A DNA stretch of 64,000 bases from Allomuricauda sp. (lineage in GTDB: Bacteria > Bacteroidota > Bacteroidia > Flavobacteriales > Flavobacteriaceae). Under the pieces are notes generated by a model. That model did no database searches. It was not told where the DNA came from and saw only the letters and a program-made list of their open reading frames with translations. Made by a program: the position numbers and the translations under genes. Shown here piece after piece: positions 31,055 through 41,568 of the stretch (positions are counted from its first letter, which is position 1; the number at the start of each line of letters is the position of its first letter). The stretch covers positions 18,006-82,005 of the forward strand of contig JASBTQ010000047.1 in assembly GCA_030148335.1 (NCBI GenBank), written 5' to 3'.

Positions 31055-32152
31055 ATGTTTTCTTTTCTTCCAATAGAATCATATTACCCAGTTTACATCA
31101 ACATTTGTTTAATACTGGTATTATTCACTTTATTGCATACTTGGATTCTTAAAATTGATGATTCTAAGAATTTAATATTTATCAATTTTGCAGGTCTCTT
31201 CCTATTAGCTTTTATAATTCTCTATATGGGACAGAGAGAAATAAGTGGTGTATATTTTGGTGATACTATAAATTATGCCCGGGCATTCCAAAATTATGCG
31301 ATTGGTGAACCAATTAATGAAGATTCAGATTTAGGATGGCATATGTTCATGAAATTCATGTCCTCTATTGTCTCCCTTTCCACCTTCTTTACAATTTCAG
31401 CATTTATATATGTTTTTCCTCTTTATAAGATATCCAAACAATATTTTGGGGAGTATTGGTATTATTCATTTATTATGTTCCTTGTTTCTTTCTCTTTTTG
31501 GACCTATGGCGTAAACGGAGTGAGGAATGGTGCAGCTTGTTCTTTGTTTTTATGGGGATTGTGTTATGAACGAAAAAAAATAGTGATGGTTATAATGTTT
31601 TATTTGGCCATATCCTTCCATAAGACCCTATTACTGCCCGTATTGGCCTATTTAATTACATATATATACAACAAGCCAAAATTCTTTTTTATTGGCTGGC
31701 TGCTATGTATTCCACTTTCACTTGCAGCAAGTGGACTCTGGATTAGCTTGTTTGCCAGTTTAGGTTTTGGGGATGATCGGCTTGCTGGATATTTAACCAG
31801 CAGTTCAGGTGAGGGTACCTTTTCCAGCACCGGTTTTCGATGGGATTTTCTATTCCATTCTGCTTTTGCTGTCTTTGCAGGCTGGTATTTTGTCTTTAGA
31901 AGAAAGTACCAAGATTCTACATATAACAAACTCTTGATTACCTATCTGATCTGCAATGGATTCTGGATTTTGGTCATACAGGCAAATTTTTCCAACCGTT
32001 TTGCTTACCTATCGTGGTTTATGATGGCCATTATCATAATTTATCCTTTGCTGAAGAAGCAATTCTTTCGAAACCAGCACTTCATGATAGGCAAGATAAT
32101 GTTGGTCTATTTTTCCTTTACTTATTTAATGTACTACATCTATTATTTGTAG
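31055..32152 (+). CDS. EpsG-family polysaccharide polymerase (Wzy-like)
   Basis: About 10 TM segments, GDTINY, NGVRNG, SFHKT, SNRFAY. Confidence 0.85.
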   Translation: MFSFLPIESYYPVYINICLILVLFTLLHTWILKIDDSKNLIFINFAGLFLLAFIILYMGQREISGVYFGDTINYARAFQNYAIGEPINEDSDLGWHMFMKFMSSIVSLSTFFTISAFIYVFPLYKISKQYFGEYWYYSFIMFLVSFSFWTYGVNGVRNGAACSLFLWGLCYERKKIVMVIMFYLAISFHKTLLLPVLAYLITYIYNKPKFFFIGWLLCIPLSLAASGLWISLFASLGFGDDRLAGYLTSSSGEGTFSSTGFRWDFLFHSAFAVFAGWYFVFRRKYQDSTYNKLLITYLICNGFWILVIQANFSNRFAYLSWFMMAIIIIYPLLKKQFFRNQHFMIGKIMLVYFSFTYLMYYIYYL

Positions 32153-32238
32153 AACCTGTGCTTCGCTGTCGAAAACACCAATTTTGGCCACTAGTCATCT
32201 CTAGATTGATTCATTTGCTGCCACGTCCAAGTCTAAAT

Positions 32239-32263
32239 AAAAAAGGTGCCCTAAATGGACACC
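32239..32263 (-). terminator. Rho-independent terminator of the beta-helix gene
   Basis: Minus strand reads GGTGTCC-ATTTA-GGGCACC-TTTTTT. Confidence 0.7.
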
Positions 32264-32307
32264 CAAACTTATTCAATGGTTCTGGCTCTCAAACCAAGCA
32301 CTTTGAT

Positions 32308-34365
32308 TTATTGTTGACACGTATTGTTTGAAATTGAAACGCTGCCCGTTGATTCATTGCCCACACAATCATATCTAGAAGCTACGTCGATAATGTTGTC
32401 CTTTATGACTATATTGTTGGAGCCGCCCCTCAAATTGATACCGTCTCTAGCCTCTGGAGATATGGAATTGTCAGAAATCTCAATATAGGATGCATTGAAA
32501 GTCTCTATCCCGCCTTTTGAATTATTGCCTTTATACAACACTCCAGATGTATTTGAAATAACAGAGGAACCGCTACCCAAAAAATTATTTCCTTCAACTA
32601 TAACATTGGTTGCATCAGAGGAGCCTTTATTTAATTCAACAAAGTAAGTACTATTCTTTTGGACATTGATTTCATTGTTCCTAATCTGAACATTCTTGCC
32701 TGTTGTCAGATGCCCGGTTATGCCCCGTCCTTCATTCATATTCGTGATTCTGTTATCGTTGATCAATATGTCCTCGGCTTCTTTAAATTGAATTCCAGTA
32801 CTACAATTATTTATAATATTTCCACTTACTTCCATATCCTTATAATATGCAGCAATAGCTAAACCATACCCTTCAATTGTGTTATTGGCAATCTTATTGT
32901 TAAAAACTGTTTCTCCCGACCCGCCCGCTCTAATTGCTGGCCGCTTAGCAGATTCGGCACTGGCCGTGAAAGTATTGTTCCTTATTTGGGTATCAGAGGT
33001 CAAGGAAATAGAAACCATGTTCTCAAAGTCATTGTTCTCAACAATGATATTTTGACCAATATATACAACTAAAGCACCTGCCCTGCTTCTCCTTTCCGTA
33101 TTATTGCGAATTGTCACATTATAAACTTTTTGATACTCTAAAAGATCGTTCGTTGCTGAATCTCTTGTCCTTACAGGTTCCAAATTAATGGCATAACCCA
33201 CAACACCTCCATCAGAAATGGCAGTTGGCAATCCATGATTCAAAAATGTATTTCCATCAATTTCTATGTCATATCCATCTGTAATAGCTATGCTTATCCT
33301 TCTATTGGAATCAAACACACAGGATTTAACAACAACATTGTGAGTTGGGTCATAATTAGGCTCAAAACTATGGCCTTCCGAGTTGATGTTGAGTCCGCCC
33401 ATAGATCCTTTAGTGAATTTAATGCCATCGAGAACAACATTTTTACCAGATCGTATAGTCAAAAGATGTGCCCCCTCTTCGGCATTTTCCCTTGAGTATT
33501 GTCGAAGGTCCCTATCGCCAATCAACACCCCGCCGATAACCCTAACATTTTCAACCTCTCTTATAGCCAGTAGCGTGGCCGAGTCGGTATTTTCTGTCGG
33601 ATATACTCTCAGCAGCGTATTGTCAGTCATGGATAAAGTGAAATTAGAAGGGACATTAACCGCTTCAGTAGTTGGATAAAAGTTTTGATTGGTATTTGTT
33701 GAAGTGACTTTGGTCACCTCAAAATAAGCATCAAACTCATCGACCAAAAAAGTATCAGCACCCAACTCTTTTACAAAATACATTAGACCTTCAAAATTAG
33801 TGTTGTTTTTCAATGCTCTGTCCGAGTCCACATTTTCCCCTTGAACAATATCCCACCGTTCAGGATAGAATTGAAACTCCGGACCACTCAACTGAACATC
33901 GCCTTCAACATTGAGATCTTTATTCAAAAGGTTTCCATCAATAATACCTTGGCCCAAGAAATTCAATGTGCCATTTATTATTTCTCCTCCTTTAAATGTC
34001 AGTGTAACTCCCGTGGGCAGTGTTATGGTCTGTCCTTTCAAATCCATTTGACAATCAATCTCAATGGTGGAATTGCTTGTTGCTTCGGTCAACTGGAAAT
34101 CACAAGGGGTCGTGCTAATTTTCAGTCCTTCTCCAGAATCAAAATCAGATCCGGTGTCGCCATCATCAGAACCATCATCGTTATCAGGATCTGTGCCTTC
34201 TCCATCCGTTCCATCCCCTTCCGGCTCCTTCGGATCATCCTTGGGATCCTCAAGGCCAACCAAGTCTATCAAATCCTCATTCTGTGAACAGGATATAAAA
34301 GAAGTGTTTAGCAATACAAAAAACAAGAATGTAAATATCAGCGAAAGTGGGGTCATTCTTTTCAT
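32308..34365 (-). CDS. Right-handed parallel beta-helix lipoprotein (pectin-lyase-like fold)
   Basis: Lipobox FISC, D/E/G-rich linker and repeated I-x-N-N-x-I/F beta-helix rungs. Confidence 0.85.
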   Translation of the reverse strand: MKRMTPLSLIFTFLFFVLLNTSFISCSQNEDLIDLVGLEDPKDDPKEPEGDGTDGEGTDPDNDDGSDDGDTGSDFDSGEGLKISTTPCDFQLTEATSNSTIEIDCQMDLKGQTITLPTGVTLTFKGGEIINGTLNFLGQGIIDGNLLNKDLNVEGDVQLSGPEFQFYPERWDIVQGENVDSDRALKNNTNFEGLMYFVKELGADTFLVDEFDAYFEVTKVTSTNTNQNFYPTTEAVNVPSNFTLSMTDNTLLRVYPTENTDSATLLAIREVENVRVIGGVLIGDRDLRQYSRENAEEGAHLLTIRSGKNVVLDGIKFTKGSMGGLNINSEGHSFEPNYDPTHNVVVKSCVFDSNRRISIAITDGYDIEIDGNTFLNHGLPTAISDGGVVGYAINLEPVRTRDSATNDLLEYQKVYNVTIRNNTERRSRAGALVVYIGQNIIVENNDFENMVSISLTSDTQIRNNTFTASAESAKRPAIRAGGSGETVFNNKIANNTIEGYGLAIAAYYKDMEVSGNIINNCSTGIQFKEAEDILINDNRITNMNEGRGITGHLTTGKNVQIRNNEINVQKNSTYFVELNKGSSDATNVIVEGNNFLGSGSSVISNTSGVLYKGNNSKGGIETFNASYIEISDNSISPEARDGINLRGGSNNIVIKDNIIDVASRYDCVGNESTGSVSISNNTCQQ

Positions 34366-34831
34366 GTCGAAATAATTGATTCAGCAAATTTGATTCATTT
34401 AACATTAAAAACGATAAAAAGTAGTTTTTATTCGATGTAATACCACCTTTTTACGGAGGCGAGTTTCTTTTTGGACTTCATTAAGGCTTTATTTAACAGA
34501 AAAATCGATGAAATGCACTATATCAACAGAGGTGATTAAAAAAAATAAAAATTCCGTTCATCCATGAAATGAAACCTTAAATCTAAAAACGAACAAATGT
34601 TGTACAGCCTGCTGAATATAAAATTACTTTTATACCGAGGAATAGTACCATCAATTTATTCCCTATTTATAAACATAATTGTACACACCAATTCAAAAAT
34701 TTCAATCTGCTTTAAAAATATATAAGTTAGAGATTTTCGATTATATGTGTCCATGGTTTATGGTTGTAATTATAGAAGGTAGAGCTATTCAAAACTTTGA
34801 GCGAGGATGAACATAATCAAATTCAAATAAA

Positions 34832-35248
34832 TTGGAACCAGGTTTGAGCAGTAAGAATATAGTTTTGTTTGACGGTGTTTGCAATCTTTGTAATGGTTTC
34901 ATCGACTTTGTCATAAAAAGGGACATATCAAGAAGTATTTTCTATGCTTCACTTCAAGACGAGGTTTCAAAAACTATTGTAAATGAGTTTGAAATACAAT
35001 TGGGGGGAAGCTATTCAACCATATACTATTATAGTAAAGGAAATTTATACAGTGAATCAACAGCTATCCTCAATATATTGAAAGAATTGAATCCGAGGTA
35101 CAGATTTTTGGCCAATGTTTTTCTGTTAGTTCCCAATTTCATTAGAAACCTAGTATATAAGGGCATTTCCAGGAACAGGTATCTTCTATTTGGCAAAAAA
35201 GACACCTGTAGAATGCCATCCCCCGAAGAACGGAATCAATTTATTTAA
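34832..35248 (+). CDS. DCC1-like thiol-disulfide oxidoreductase
   Basis: FDGVCNLC (DxxCxxC) and the YKGISRNRY tail; TTG start uncertain. Confidence 0.88.
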   Translation: MEPGLSSKNIVLFDGVCNLCNGFIDFVIKRDISRSIFYASLQDEVSKTIVNEFEIQLGGSYSTIYYYSKGNLYSESTAILNILKELNPRYRFLANVFLLVPNFIRNLVYKGISRNRYLLFGKKDTCRMPSPEERNQFI

Positions 35249-35258
35249 TTAATTCAAA

Positions 35259-35738
35259 ATGGATAAAAGATTACTATTTACTTCCCTTATTGTGCCACTC
35301 CTCATGGTTTTTTTTCTTGTCAGAAACATTGCATTGGAAAAGTCCGATCATTTGGATAGCTGGATGGGCGGTGGTATGCGGATGTTTGGCAAAATTGACA
35401 AAATGCTCTATCGGGTATCGGGCATGACAGTGATTCACAATGACAGCACTTATTTTGTCAATTTTCGAAATATTGCTGACCTTGAAAACATGGATATGGC
35501 AGTCAGGATCATGCCCAGTGACAAAAGATTACAACGCCTTTATTTAATCCTGAAAGATATGGATTGGTGTTATGATCGGTCAAAAGACGAAATTAACTTA
35601 TCAACTCCCGATTGTCTCACAAAAATTTCTCCAGATCAAATCTTGGAAATTCAAGTATACCGAACCGATTTCAATGACGATACCAATCAGATATCCTTCA
35701 AACTAATCAATTCATTCAGAGGTGAAAAGATCGAATAA
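35259..35738 (+). CDS. Single-TM hypothetical protein (SdpA-like / HTTM partner)
   Basis: N-terminal TM followed by WMGGGMRMF; overlaps the next gene. Confidence 0.6.
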   Translation: MDKRLLFTSLIVPLLMVFFLVRNIALEKSDHLDSWMGGGMRMFGKIDKMLYRVSGMTVIHNDSTYFVNFRNIADLENMDMAVRIMPSDKRLQRLYLILKDMDWCYDRSKDEINLSTPDCLTKISPDQILEIQVYRTDFNDDTNQISFKLINSFRGEKIE

Positions 35739-36654
35739 TAACATCGCCGGAATGCTAGCCAAAGTAAATCGACTCAGTGCATTTAGAACACCTGACGACA
35801 TTTTTTTGACATGCCTACAAGTTTTACTCGTAATTTTCTTGATATTCATGAATGACAATGGATATCTTTCAATCTTTATGCCTGTCATTTTGTTTCCAGG
35901 GATTTTGTTCAGGGAGTTGAGATCAAATAAGTTTTATTGGACTTTCATCCTTTTGTTCGGTGTCACATTCTATTTAATTCTAGATTTGGTAGGTTATGTA
36001 CCAAATCATAAACATATATTTGCCTATGTAACTTTGGCCGTGACCGTTTCCCTGTTTCTATACAATAAATCTCACGGTCTGTCTCTGGACTTTCTTAAAT
36101 CACAGTCACAAATAATCATTGGATTATGTTTTCTTTTTGCCACAATAGGGAAGTTTTTGGCTCCAGAATTTTTAAGTAGCCTTTTTTTTGATTTTACAAA
36201 TACCACAGACCCAAGATTCTTTGGGTCGACATCAACTATAGGTCATGTTGACATCAATTTGTTAAAAGAAAATGAAGCAACATTTACTTCCTTCTTAAAA
36301 TCCAATAACCCAAATGAAAACTTTGTTTTGCATGGTGCGGACAGTATTAAAGGTTTTAGTAGGTTTTTAACTTACTGGACAATATCAATAGAGGGCTTGA
36401 TAGGAATCAGTTTTCTGATTCCTCAAAAGTTCAGGTTGTCAGAATATCGAAATTTATTTCTTGTGCTCTTTATCTTAACAACTTATCCAATTGCAACAGT
36501 GACAGGTTTCGCAATCATTTTGGCATTCATGGGTTTTGTACAATCTTTAGAGGACAGAAAGCTAACAGTGTACTCGGTATTCTATTTAGGCGTCCTTTTA
36601 TTATTGCCATTAAATTCCTTTCCTTTTACAAGATTATATACCCTGTTCTTTTGA
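35722..36654 (+). CDS. HTTM-like multi-TM protein (SdpB / vitamin K-dependent carboxylase-like)
   Basis: PNHKHIFAY and QIIIGLCFLFATIGKFLAPEF resemble the HTTM NH-x-Y and Q...A-x2-K motifs. Confidence 0.6.
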   Translation: MKRSNNNIAGMLAKVNRLSAFRTPDDIFLTCLQVLLVIFLIFMNDNGYLSIFMPVILFPGILFRELRSNKFYWTFILLFGVTFYLILDLVGYVPNHKHIFAYVTLAVTVSLFLYNKSHGLSLDFLKSQSQIIIGLCFLFATIGKFLAPEFLSSLFFDFTNTTDPRFFGSTSTIGHVDINLLKENEATFTSFLKSNNPNENFVLHGADSIKGFSRFLTYWTISIEGLIGISFLIPQKFRLSEYRNLFLVLFILTTYPIATVTGFAIILAFMGFVQSLEDRKLTVYSVFYLGVLLLLPLNSFPFTRLYTLFF

Positions 36655-36729
36655 AATCATATCAACAGTTAGGTAAAAGTATTCTTTTGAACAAAGTATC
36701 AACAATTGCCAAAGTGATCAGACCCTACA

Positions 36730-37887
36730 ATGAAAAAAAAAATAATTAGGATTACCACTGTTCCCATATCCCTGATGGGGCTATTGCAGGGGCAGTCCAA
36801 ATTCATGGGACAATTCTATGATGTCGTGGGAATTTCTTCGGACGATAGCAAACTGGCCAAAGTAGGCGAAAAGGAAGCGATTAGGGTCATACCGGTCGAA
36901 ATGACCAGAAAAATCACACCACTAAAAGACCTAGCAGCTCTAATCGCTCTTTGGCGCATATTCAAAAAAGAAAAGCCATTTATTGTACATTCCCATACTC
37001 CTAAAGCAGGAACCCTTGGAATGATGGCTGCAAAACTTGCCAGAGTGCCCCATCGTTTGCACACCGTAGCAGGCTTGCCCTTGGTCGAGGCCAAAGGTTT
37101 CAAGCGAAGGTTATTGAATATGGTCGAATGGATTACCTATAGCTGTTCAACCATGATATATCCAAATTCAATAGGTCTTAAGAAAATAATATTGGATCAT
37201 AGCTTTACAAGACCAGAAAAACTCAAGGTCATTGGCCATGGCAGTTCCAATGGAATAGACACTTCCTATTTCGACCCACAATTGAACGATGTGTCCGAAC
37301 TTGCCCAACTCAGAAACAGATTGAAAATTTCCTGTGATGATTTTGTTTTTGTTTTTGTTGGCCGAATAGTTGGGGATAAAGGGATCAATGAACTTATCGT
37401 TGCGTTCAGGAAAATATTGGAGGAATACCAGAACGTCCAATTGCTCTTGGTCGGCAATCTTGAAAAAGAACTTGACCCCCTTATGCCCGAGACCGAAGAA
37501 TTTATCAGAACATCGGACAAGATCAAATGGGACGGTTGGGTAGATGATGTACGTCCCTATTTTGGAATCAGTGATTGCCTTGCCTTTCCAAGTTACAGGG
37601 AAGGATTTCCAAATGTGGTCATGCAAGCCGGGGCCATGGAGCTATATAGTATAGTAACCGACATCAATGGGTGCAACGAGATTATAGAAGAAGGAATCAA
37701 TGGAACCATTGTTACCCCTAAGGACCCAACAGCATTATACGTGGCAATGAAACAGGTTTTGATAGACCGGGATAAACTCGCCCGAACTAAACCTATATGT
37801 AGGCAGCTGATCAAAGACCGTTTTGAAAGACAGTTCATTTGGAACGAACTATTAAAAGAATATCGAAAATTGGAAGGTAGCGTTTAA
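36730..37887 (+). CDS. Glycosyltransferase family 4 (CapM-like)
   Basis: HSHTPKAG, GRIVGDKG, PSYREGFPNV. Confidence 0.93.
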   Translation: MKKKIIRITTVPISLMGLLQGQSKFMGQFYDVVGISSDDSKLAKVGEKEAIRVIPVEMTRKITPLKDLAALIALWRIFKKEKPFIVHSHTPKAGTLGMMAAKLARVPHRLHTVAGLPLVEAKGFKRRLLNMVEWITYSCSTMIYPNSIGLKKIILDHSFTRPEKLKVIGHGSSNGIDTSYFDPQLNDVSELAQLRNRLKISCDDFVFVFVGRIVGDKGINELIVAFRKILEEYQNVQLLLVGNLEKELDPLMPETEEFIRTSDKIKWDGWVDDVRPYFGISDCLAFPSYREGFPNVVMQAGAMELYSIVTDINGCNEIIEEGINGTIVTPKDPTALYVAMKQVLIDRDKLARTKPICRQLIKDRFERQFIWNELLKEYRKLEGSV

Positions 37888-37961
37888 ACGACATCAATTG
37901 GTCTGGATATGCACCATGAAAAATTATGTCCAGTCAATACATAACCCCACTTACATAAGAA

Positions 37962-38984
37962 ATGAAAGACAAAATACAGTACTTCAACAATTTAAGGGCA
38001 ATTGCATGTATTCTGGTCATTTTAACCCATGCTTCCATGCCTGCTTCAAATCCAGCATTTGGTATATTTTTGGCTGGGTTCTCACTTTTGAGTTCGCCGA
38101 GCTCGGAACTATTTGTGACTATTTCCGCAAGCCTGCTGGCGCCTGCCAAACAAGGAATGTTTGAATTTTATAAAAAAAGGTTTTCAAAGCTTATTGGCCC
38201 CTTTCTATTCTGGTCCGTTGTTGTTGTCTTAATCGACTTTTTGCAGGGGGACGTAACCTTGAATGAAGCAGGCACCAAATTGTTATTGTTCCCTATTAGT
38301 CCTGTTACGGGTGTATATTGGTTTGTTTATGCAATTTGTGGGCTATACTTGATCATTCCCATCGTTTCACCATGGTTGGAGTCGGCCACAAAAAGAATGT
38401 TTTACTTTATTTTGGCCCTATGGTCGTTGACACTGTTGTTTCCATATCTGAATCTAATTTTTGATAAATCGATTTACTCCATCGATGGTGATTATTATTT
38501 CATTTTAAATTACCTAGGGGGATTTGTGGGATTTTTGTTTCTAGGTGTTTTTCTTCGAAAATATCCCGTAGTGTTCAAAAACAAAAGGAACTCTATAATG
38601 TCCCTACTAGCTATATTTTTATTCGGCTCACTACCTGTCATTTATGGTGTATTTTTTGATAGGGATGTGCTTTTGATTTCACGAGAAAATTTATCAATTA
38701 CAAGTATGCTGTATGTTGCAGGAATATTTATTTTTTTCCAGAACTTTAGGCTTCCATTCTTCATTGAAAGTTTTTTTAATCTCATTGCAAAATATTCCTA
38801 CGGGATTTATCTCATACATTTACTTGTGGTAAGGGATTTAGTGTGGAATGTACTGGAAAAAAATAGAATTTATCACCCCATTGTGGAAACTCCGTTAATA
38901 ACCGCAACATCATTATTTTTATGCTTGATAATAGTTCTATTGATATCCAAATTGCCTAAGAGCCAAAACATAATTGGTGCATGA
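37962..38984 (+). CDS. Acyltransferase family 3 (membrane O-acyltransferase)
   Basis: NLRAIACILVILTH, KKRFSKL, YWFV, SYGIYLIH; about 10 TM segments. Confidence 0.9.
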   Translation: MKDKIQYFNNLRAIACILVILTHASMPASNPAFGIFLAGFSLLSSPSSELFVTISASLLAPAKQGMFEFYKKRFSKLIGPFLFWSVVVVLIDFLQGDVTLNEAGTKLLLFPISPVTGVYWFVYAICGLYLIIPIVSPWLESATKRMFYFILALWSLTLLFPYLNLIFDKSIYSIDGDYYFILNYLGGFVGFLFLGVFLRKYPVVFKNKRNSIMSLLAIFLFGSLPVIYGVFFDRDVLLISRENLSITSMLYVAGIFIFFQNFRLPFFIESFFNLIAKYSYGIYLIHLLVVRDLVWNVLEKNRIYHPIVETPLITATSLFLCLIIVLLISKLPKSQNIIGA

Positions 38985-39018
38985 TTGAAAATTATCTATC
39001 TGGTATACTTTATTTAAT

Positions 39019-40035
39019 ATGATTGAACTTTCATTTATCCTTCCAATGTACAATGTTGCAGATTATCTCAACAAATGCGTTAATTCAGTTTTGAATACAA
39101 ATCTTGATCCAGCTTCTTTTGAAATCATTTTTGTGGATGATGAATCTCCAGACAGTTCAAAAGAAATTGCAAGTATAATCATGAGGGAAAATCCAAGATA
39201 TAACTTCAAGCTGGTATCGCAGAAGAACAAGGGACTGGGCGGAGCCCGCAATACAGGCATTGATAACGCCAGCGGGAACTACTTGATTTTTCTTGACCCA
39301 GATGATTTTATCGTGGACACAGACTTGAGAAAGACCATACATGAAGCACATTCGAACAATTTGGAAATTTTGGAATTCAATGCGTTACTGATCAGTCCAG
39401 AAGGGAAGGATTTACAGAAAGTGAAGGTTAAAAATCATGAAAATGTACTATCAGGTGTTCAGTATTCCAATCAATATTATTGTTCGGGATCGGCTTGCAA
39501 TAAATTGTATTCACTACAATTTTTGAACAAATACAACCTACGGTTTATGGAAAAGGTTTATGGAGAAGATTTTGAGTTCAATACCAGAGCCTTTTACCAT
39601 GCATTGAGGTCTAAAGGATGTAATAAAGTTGTGTCTGCATTTTTGCAATCTCCTAATTCAATAACCCGAAACAATGACGTAAGCAAGAAAATAAAATATC
39701 TGGAAGATTATGTGAAAATCCTAACCAATCTTCAAACATACTTTTCAAAACTACCTGCCTTGACTTTGGAGTCCAACAAATATTATCATTCGAGAATGGC
39801 ATTGATAAACACAAACTCATTCATACTCATTCTTAAGAATAGGTTTTCTTTAAATTTTGCAGTACAATATCGTAACAGACTGGCTAGCAGCAATCTTTTG
39901 TACATCAAAAGAAATACTATGGTCAAAAAGAAAAATTTATTGCGAATGTTCTTATTCAGCAATAAAAATATGTTTGTGCTAGCATTTAAAATCAACTCCA
40001 TGCTTCGTGGAATAAAATCTACAAAGGGTATTTAA
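39019..40035 (+). CDS. Glycosyltransferase family 2
   Basis: ILPMYN, VDDESPD, GLGGARN, FLDPDD, EDFEF. Confidence 0.93.
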   Translation: MIELSFILPMYNVADYLNKCVNSVLNTNLDPASFEIIFVDDESPDSSKEIASIIMRENPRYNFKLVSQKNKGLGGARNTGIDNASGNYLIFLDPDDFIVDTDLRKTIHEAHSNNLEILEFNALLISPEGKDLQKVKVKNHENVLSGVQYSNQYYCSGSACNKLYSLQFLNKYNLRFMEKVYGEDFEFNTRAFYHALRSKGCNKVVSAFLQSPNSITRNNDVSKKIKYLEDYVKILTNLQTYFSKLPALTLESNKYYHSRMALINTNSFILILKNRFSLNFAVQYRNRLASSNLLYIKRNTMVKKKNLLRMFLFSNKNMFVLAFKINSMLRGIKSTKGI

Positions 40036-40286
40036 ATTATTGACCACAACTTCTGAACACCACTACTTAAAAGTATTTCTGCACTTTAAGTCCTTCCAAG
40101 TTCATCAACTACATTCGTCCAAAGTAAATTGTCAATATGGTCATATGCCTCAATATATCTAAGTTTTTGATAGCTTGGACTATAAAACTCCCTATTCTAT
40201 GGAGACATATTGTATTTTTATCATACAGACCTGAAGGTTTTTCAGCCTGATTGAATATGGCCCCTAAATCACAGTTAATCGATACC

Positions 40287-40889
40287 ATGTATAGGAATTT
40301 GCTCAAACGAATTATTGATTTATTTATCGCATTGGCCCTACTCTTGTTGTTGGCCCCTTTTGTCCTGAGTCTCACTTTAATTCTCATGTTAACCAACAAA
40401 GGCACTCCATTTTTCCTCCAACCACGTCCAGGAAAAAATGGCAAGATATTTAAGATCATCAAGTTTAAGACGATGAGGGACCTGGACCCAGGTTCAACAG
40501 TGGATGTACATAACCTAAACCGGGTAACAAAGGCAGGACACCTTATCCGCAAATATTCCTTGGATGAACTTTTGCAATTGGTGAACGTGTTAAAAGGTGA
40601 TATGAGCCTGGTCGGCCCAAGACCCTTATTGGTAGAATACTTGCCATTGTACAATGAGGTCCAGGGCAAAAGGCATTTGGTAAGGCCTGGGATTACGGGA
40701 TGGGCCCAAGTAAATGGGAGGAACAGTATCAGTTGGACCCAAAAATTTGAGTTGGATGTTTGGTATGTTGACCATCTTTCATTTTCATTGGACCTAAAAA
40801 TATTGTATCTGACACTGATCAAAGTGGTCAAGAAAAAGGACATCAACCAAGGGATTGATAAAACAATGCCCGTTTGGGAAGGAAATTGA
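40287..40889 (+). CDS. Initiating phosphoglycosyl transferase (PglC-like) 1
   Basis: KFKTM, SLDEL, GDMSLVGPRP, PGITGWAQ; ATG 40287. Confidence 0.94.
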   Translation: MYRNLLKRIIDLFIALALLLLLAPFVLSLTLILMLTNKGTPFFLQPRPGKNGKIFKIIKFKTMRDLDPGSTVDVHNLNRVTKAGHLIRKYSLDELLQLVNVLKGDMSLVGPRPLLVEYLPLYNEVQGKRHLVRPGITGWAQVNGRNSISWTQKFELDVWYVDHLSFSLDLKILYLTLIKVVKKKDINQGIDKTMPVWEGN

Positions 40890-40947
40890 GTAATATTCTT
40901 TGTAATTTTTTACCCTCAAAATACTCTTATCAACACGACACTATCCT

Positions 40948-41568
40948 ATGAAAAAAATAAAAATCTACGGTGCAGGTGGGCATTCCAAAGTAATCATGGA
41001 CATAGCGGAGAGCCTTGGTCACACCATTACCAAAGTATACGACGATTTTCCCGACCAGACGAGTTTAAATGATGGACTAGAGATACAAGAGCTTTCCGTC
41101 GACAAGGAAACCTTTTTTTCCGACAGCGAGCCCATGATAGTTGCCATCGGGGACAACCATGTACGGGCGAAACTGGCCAATGAATTGAACTCCTGTTTTG
41201 AAACTCTTGTGCATCCCACTGCTGTTATAAGTCGCCATGCCCAATTGGGGGAGGGAACGGTGGTAAATGTTGGTGGCATCGTTCAGGCAGGAAGTACCAT
41301 AGGTCGCCATGTCATCATCAATACGGGCGCCCTGGTGGACCATGACAATACCATTGGCGACTTTGTACATATATCACCAAATGTTTCCCTCGCGGGCCAA
41401 GTCACCATAGGAGAAGGAACGCATATTGGTACAGGTGCAATCGTTATCCCAAAGATAAATGTCGGAAAATGGTGTATTGTGGGAGCAGGTGCAGTGATCA
41501 TCAGGGATGTTCCCGATTTTGCCGTTGTAGTGGGCAATCCTGGAAGGGTCATAAAATATAACAAATAA
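40948..41568 (+). CDS. PglD/NeuD-family sugar N-acetyltransferase
   Basis: YGAGGH, AIGDN, hexapeptide repeats, VDHD, VGNPG. Confidence 0.93.
   Translation: MKKIKIYGAGGHSKVIMDIAESLGHTITKVYDDFPDQTSLNDGLEIQELSVDKETFFSDSEPMIVAIGDNHVRAKLANELNSCFETLVHPTAVISRHAQLGEGTVVNVGGIVQAGSTIGRHVIINTGALVDHDNTIGDFVHISPNVSLAGQVTIGEGTHIGTGAIVIPKINVGKWCIVGAGAVIIRDVPDFAVVVGNPGRVIKYNK

Noticed and set aside
34130-34260. Low-complexity D/E/G stretch as a tandem repeat element
   Set aside because: It is an ordinary acidic linker of a Bacteroidota lipoprotein with no exact DNA periodicity.
34366-34831. Small precursor peptide for the SdpAB-like cassette
   Set aside because: Only a roughly 21-codon ORF near 34745 is present, with no leader or signal features.
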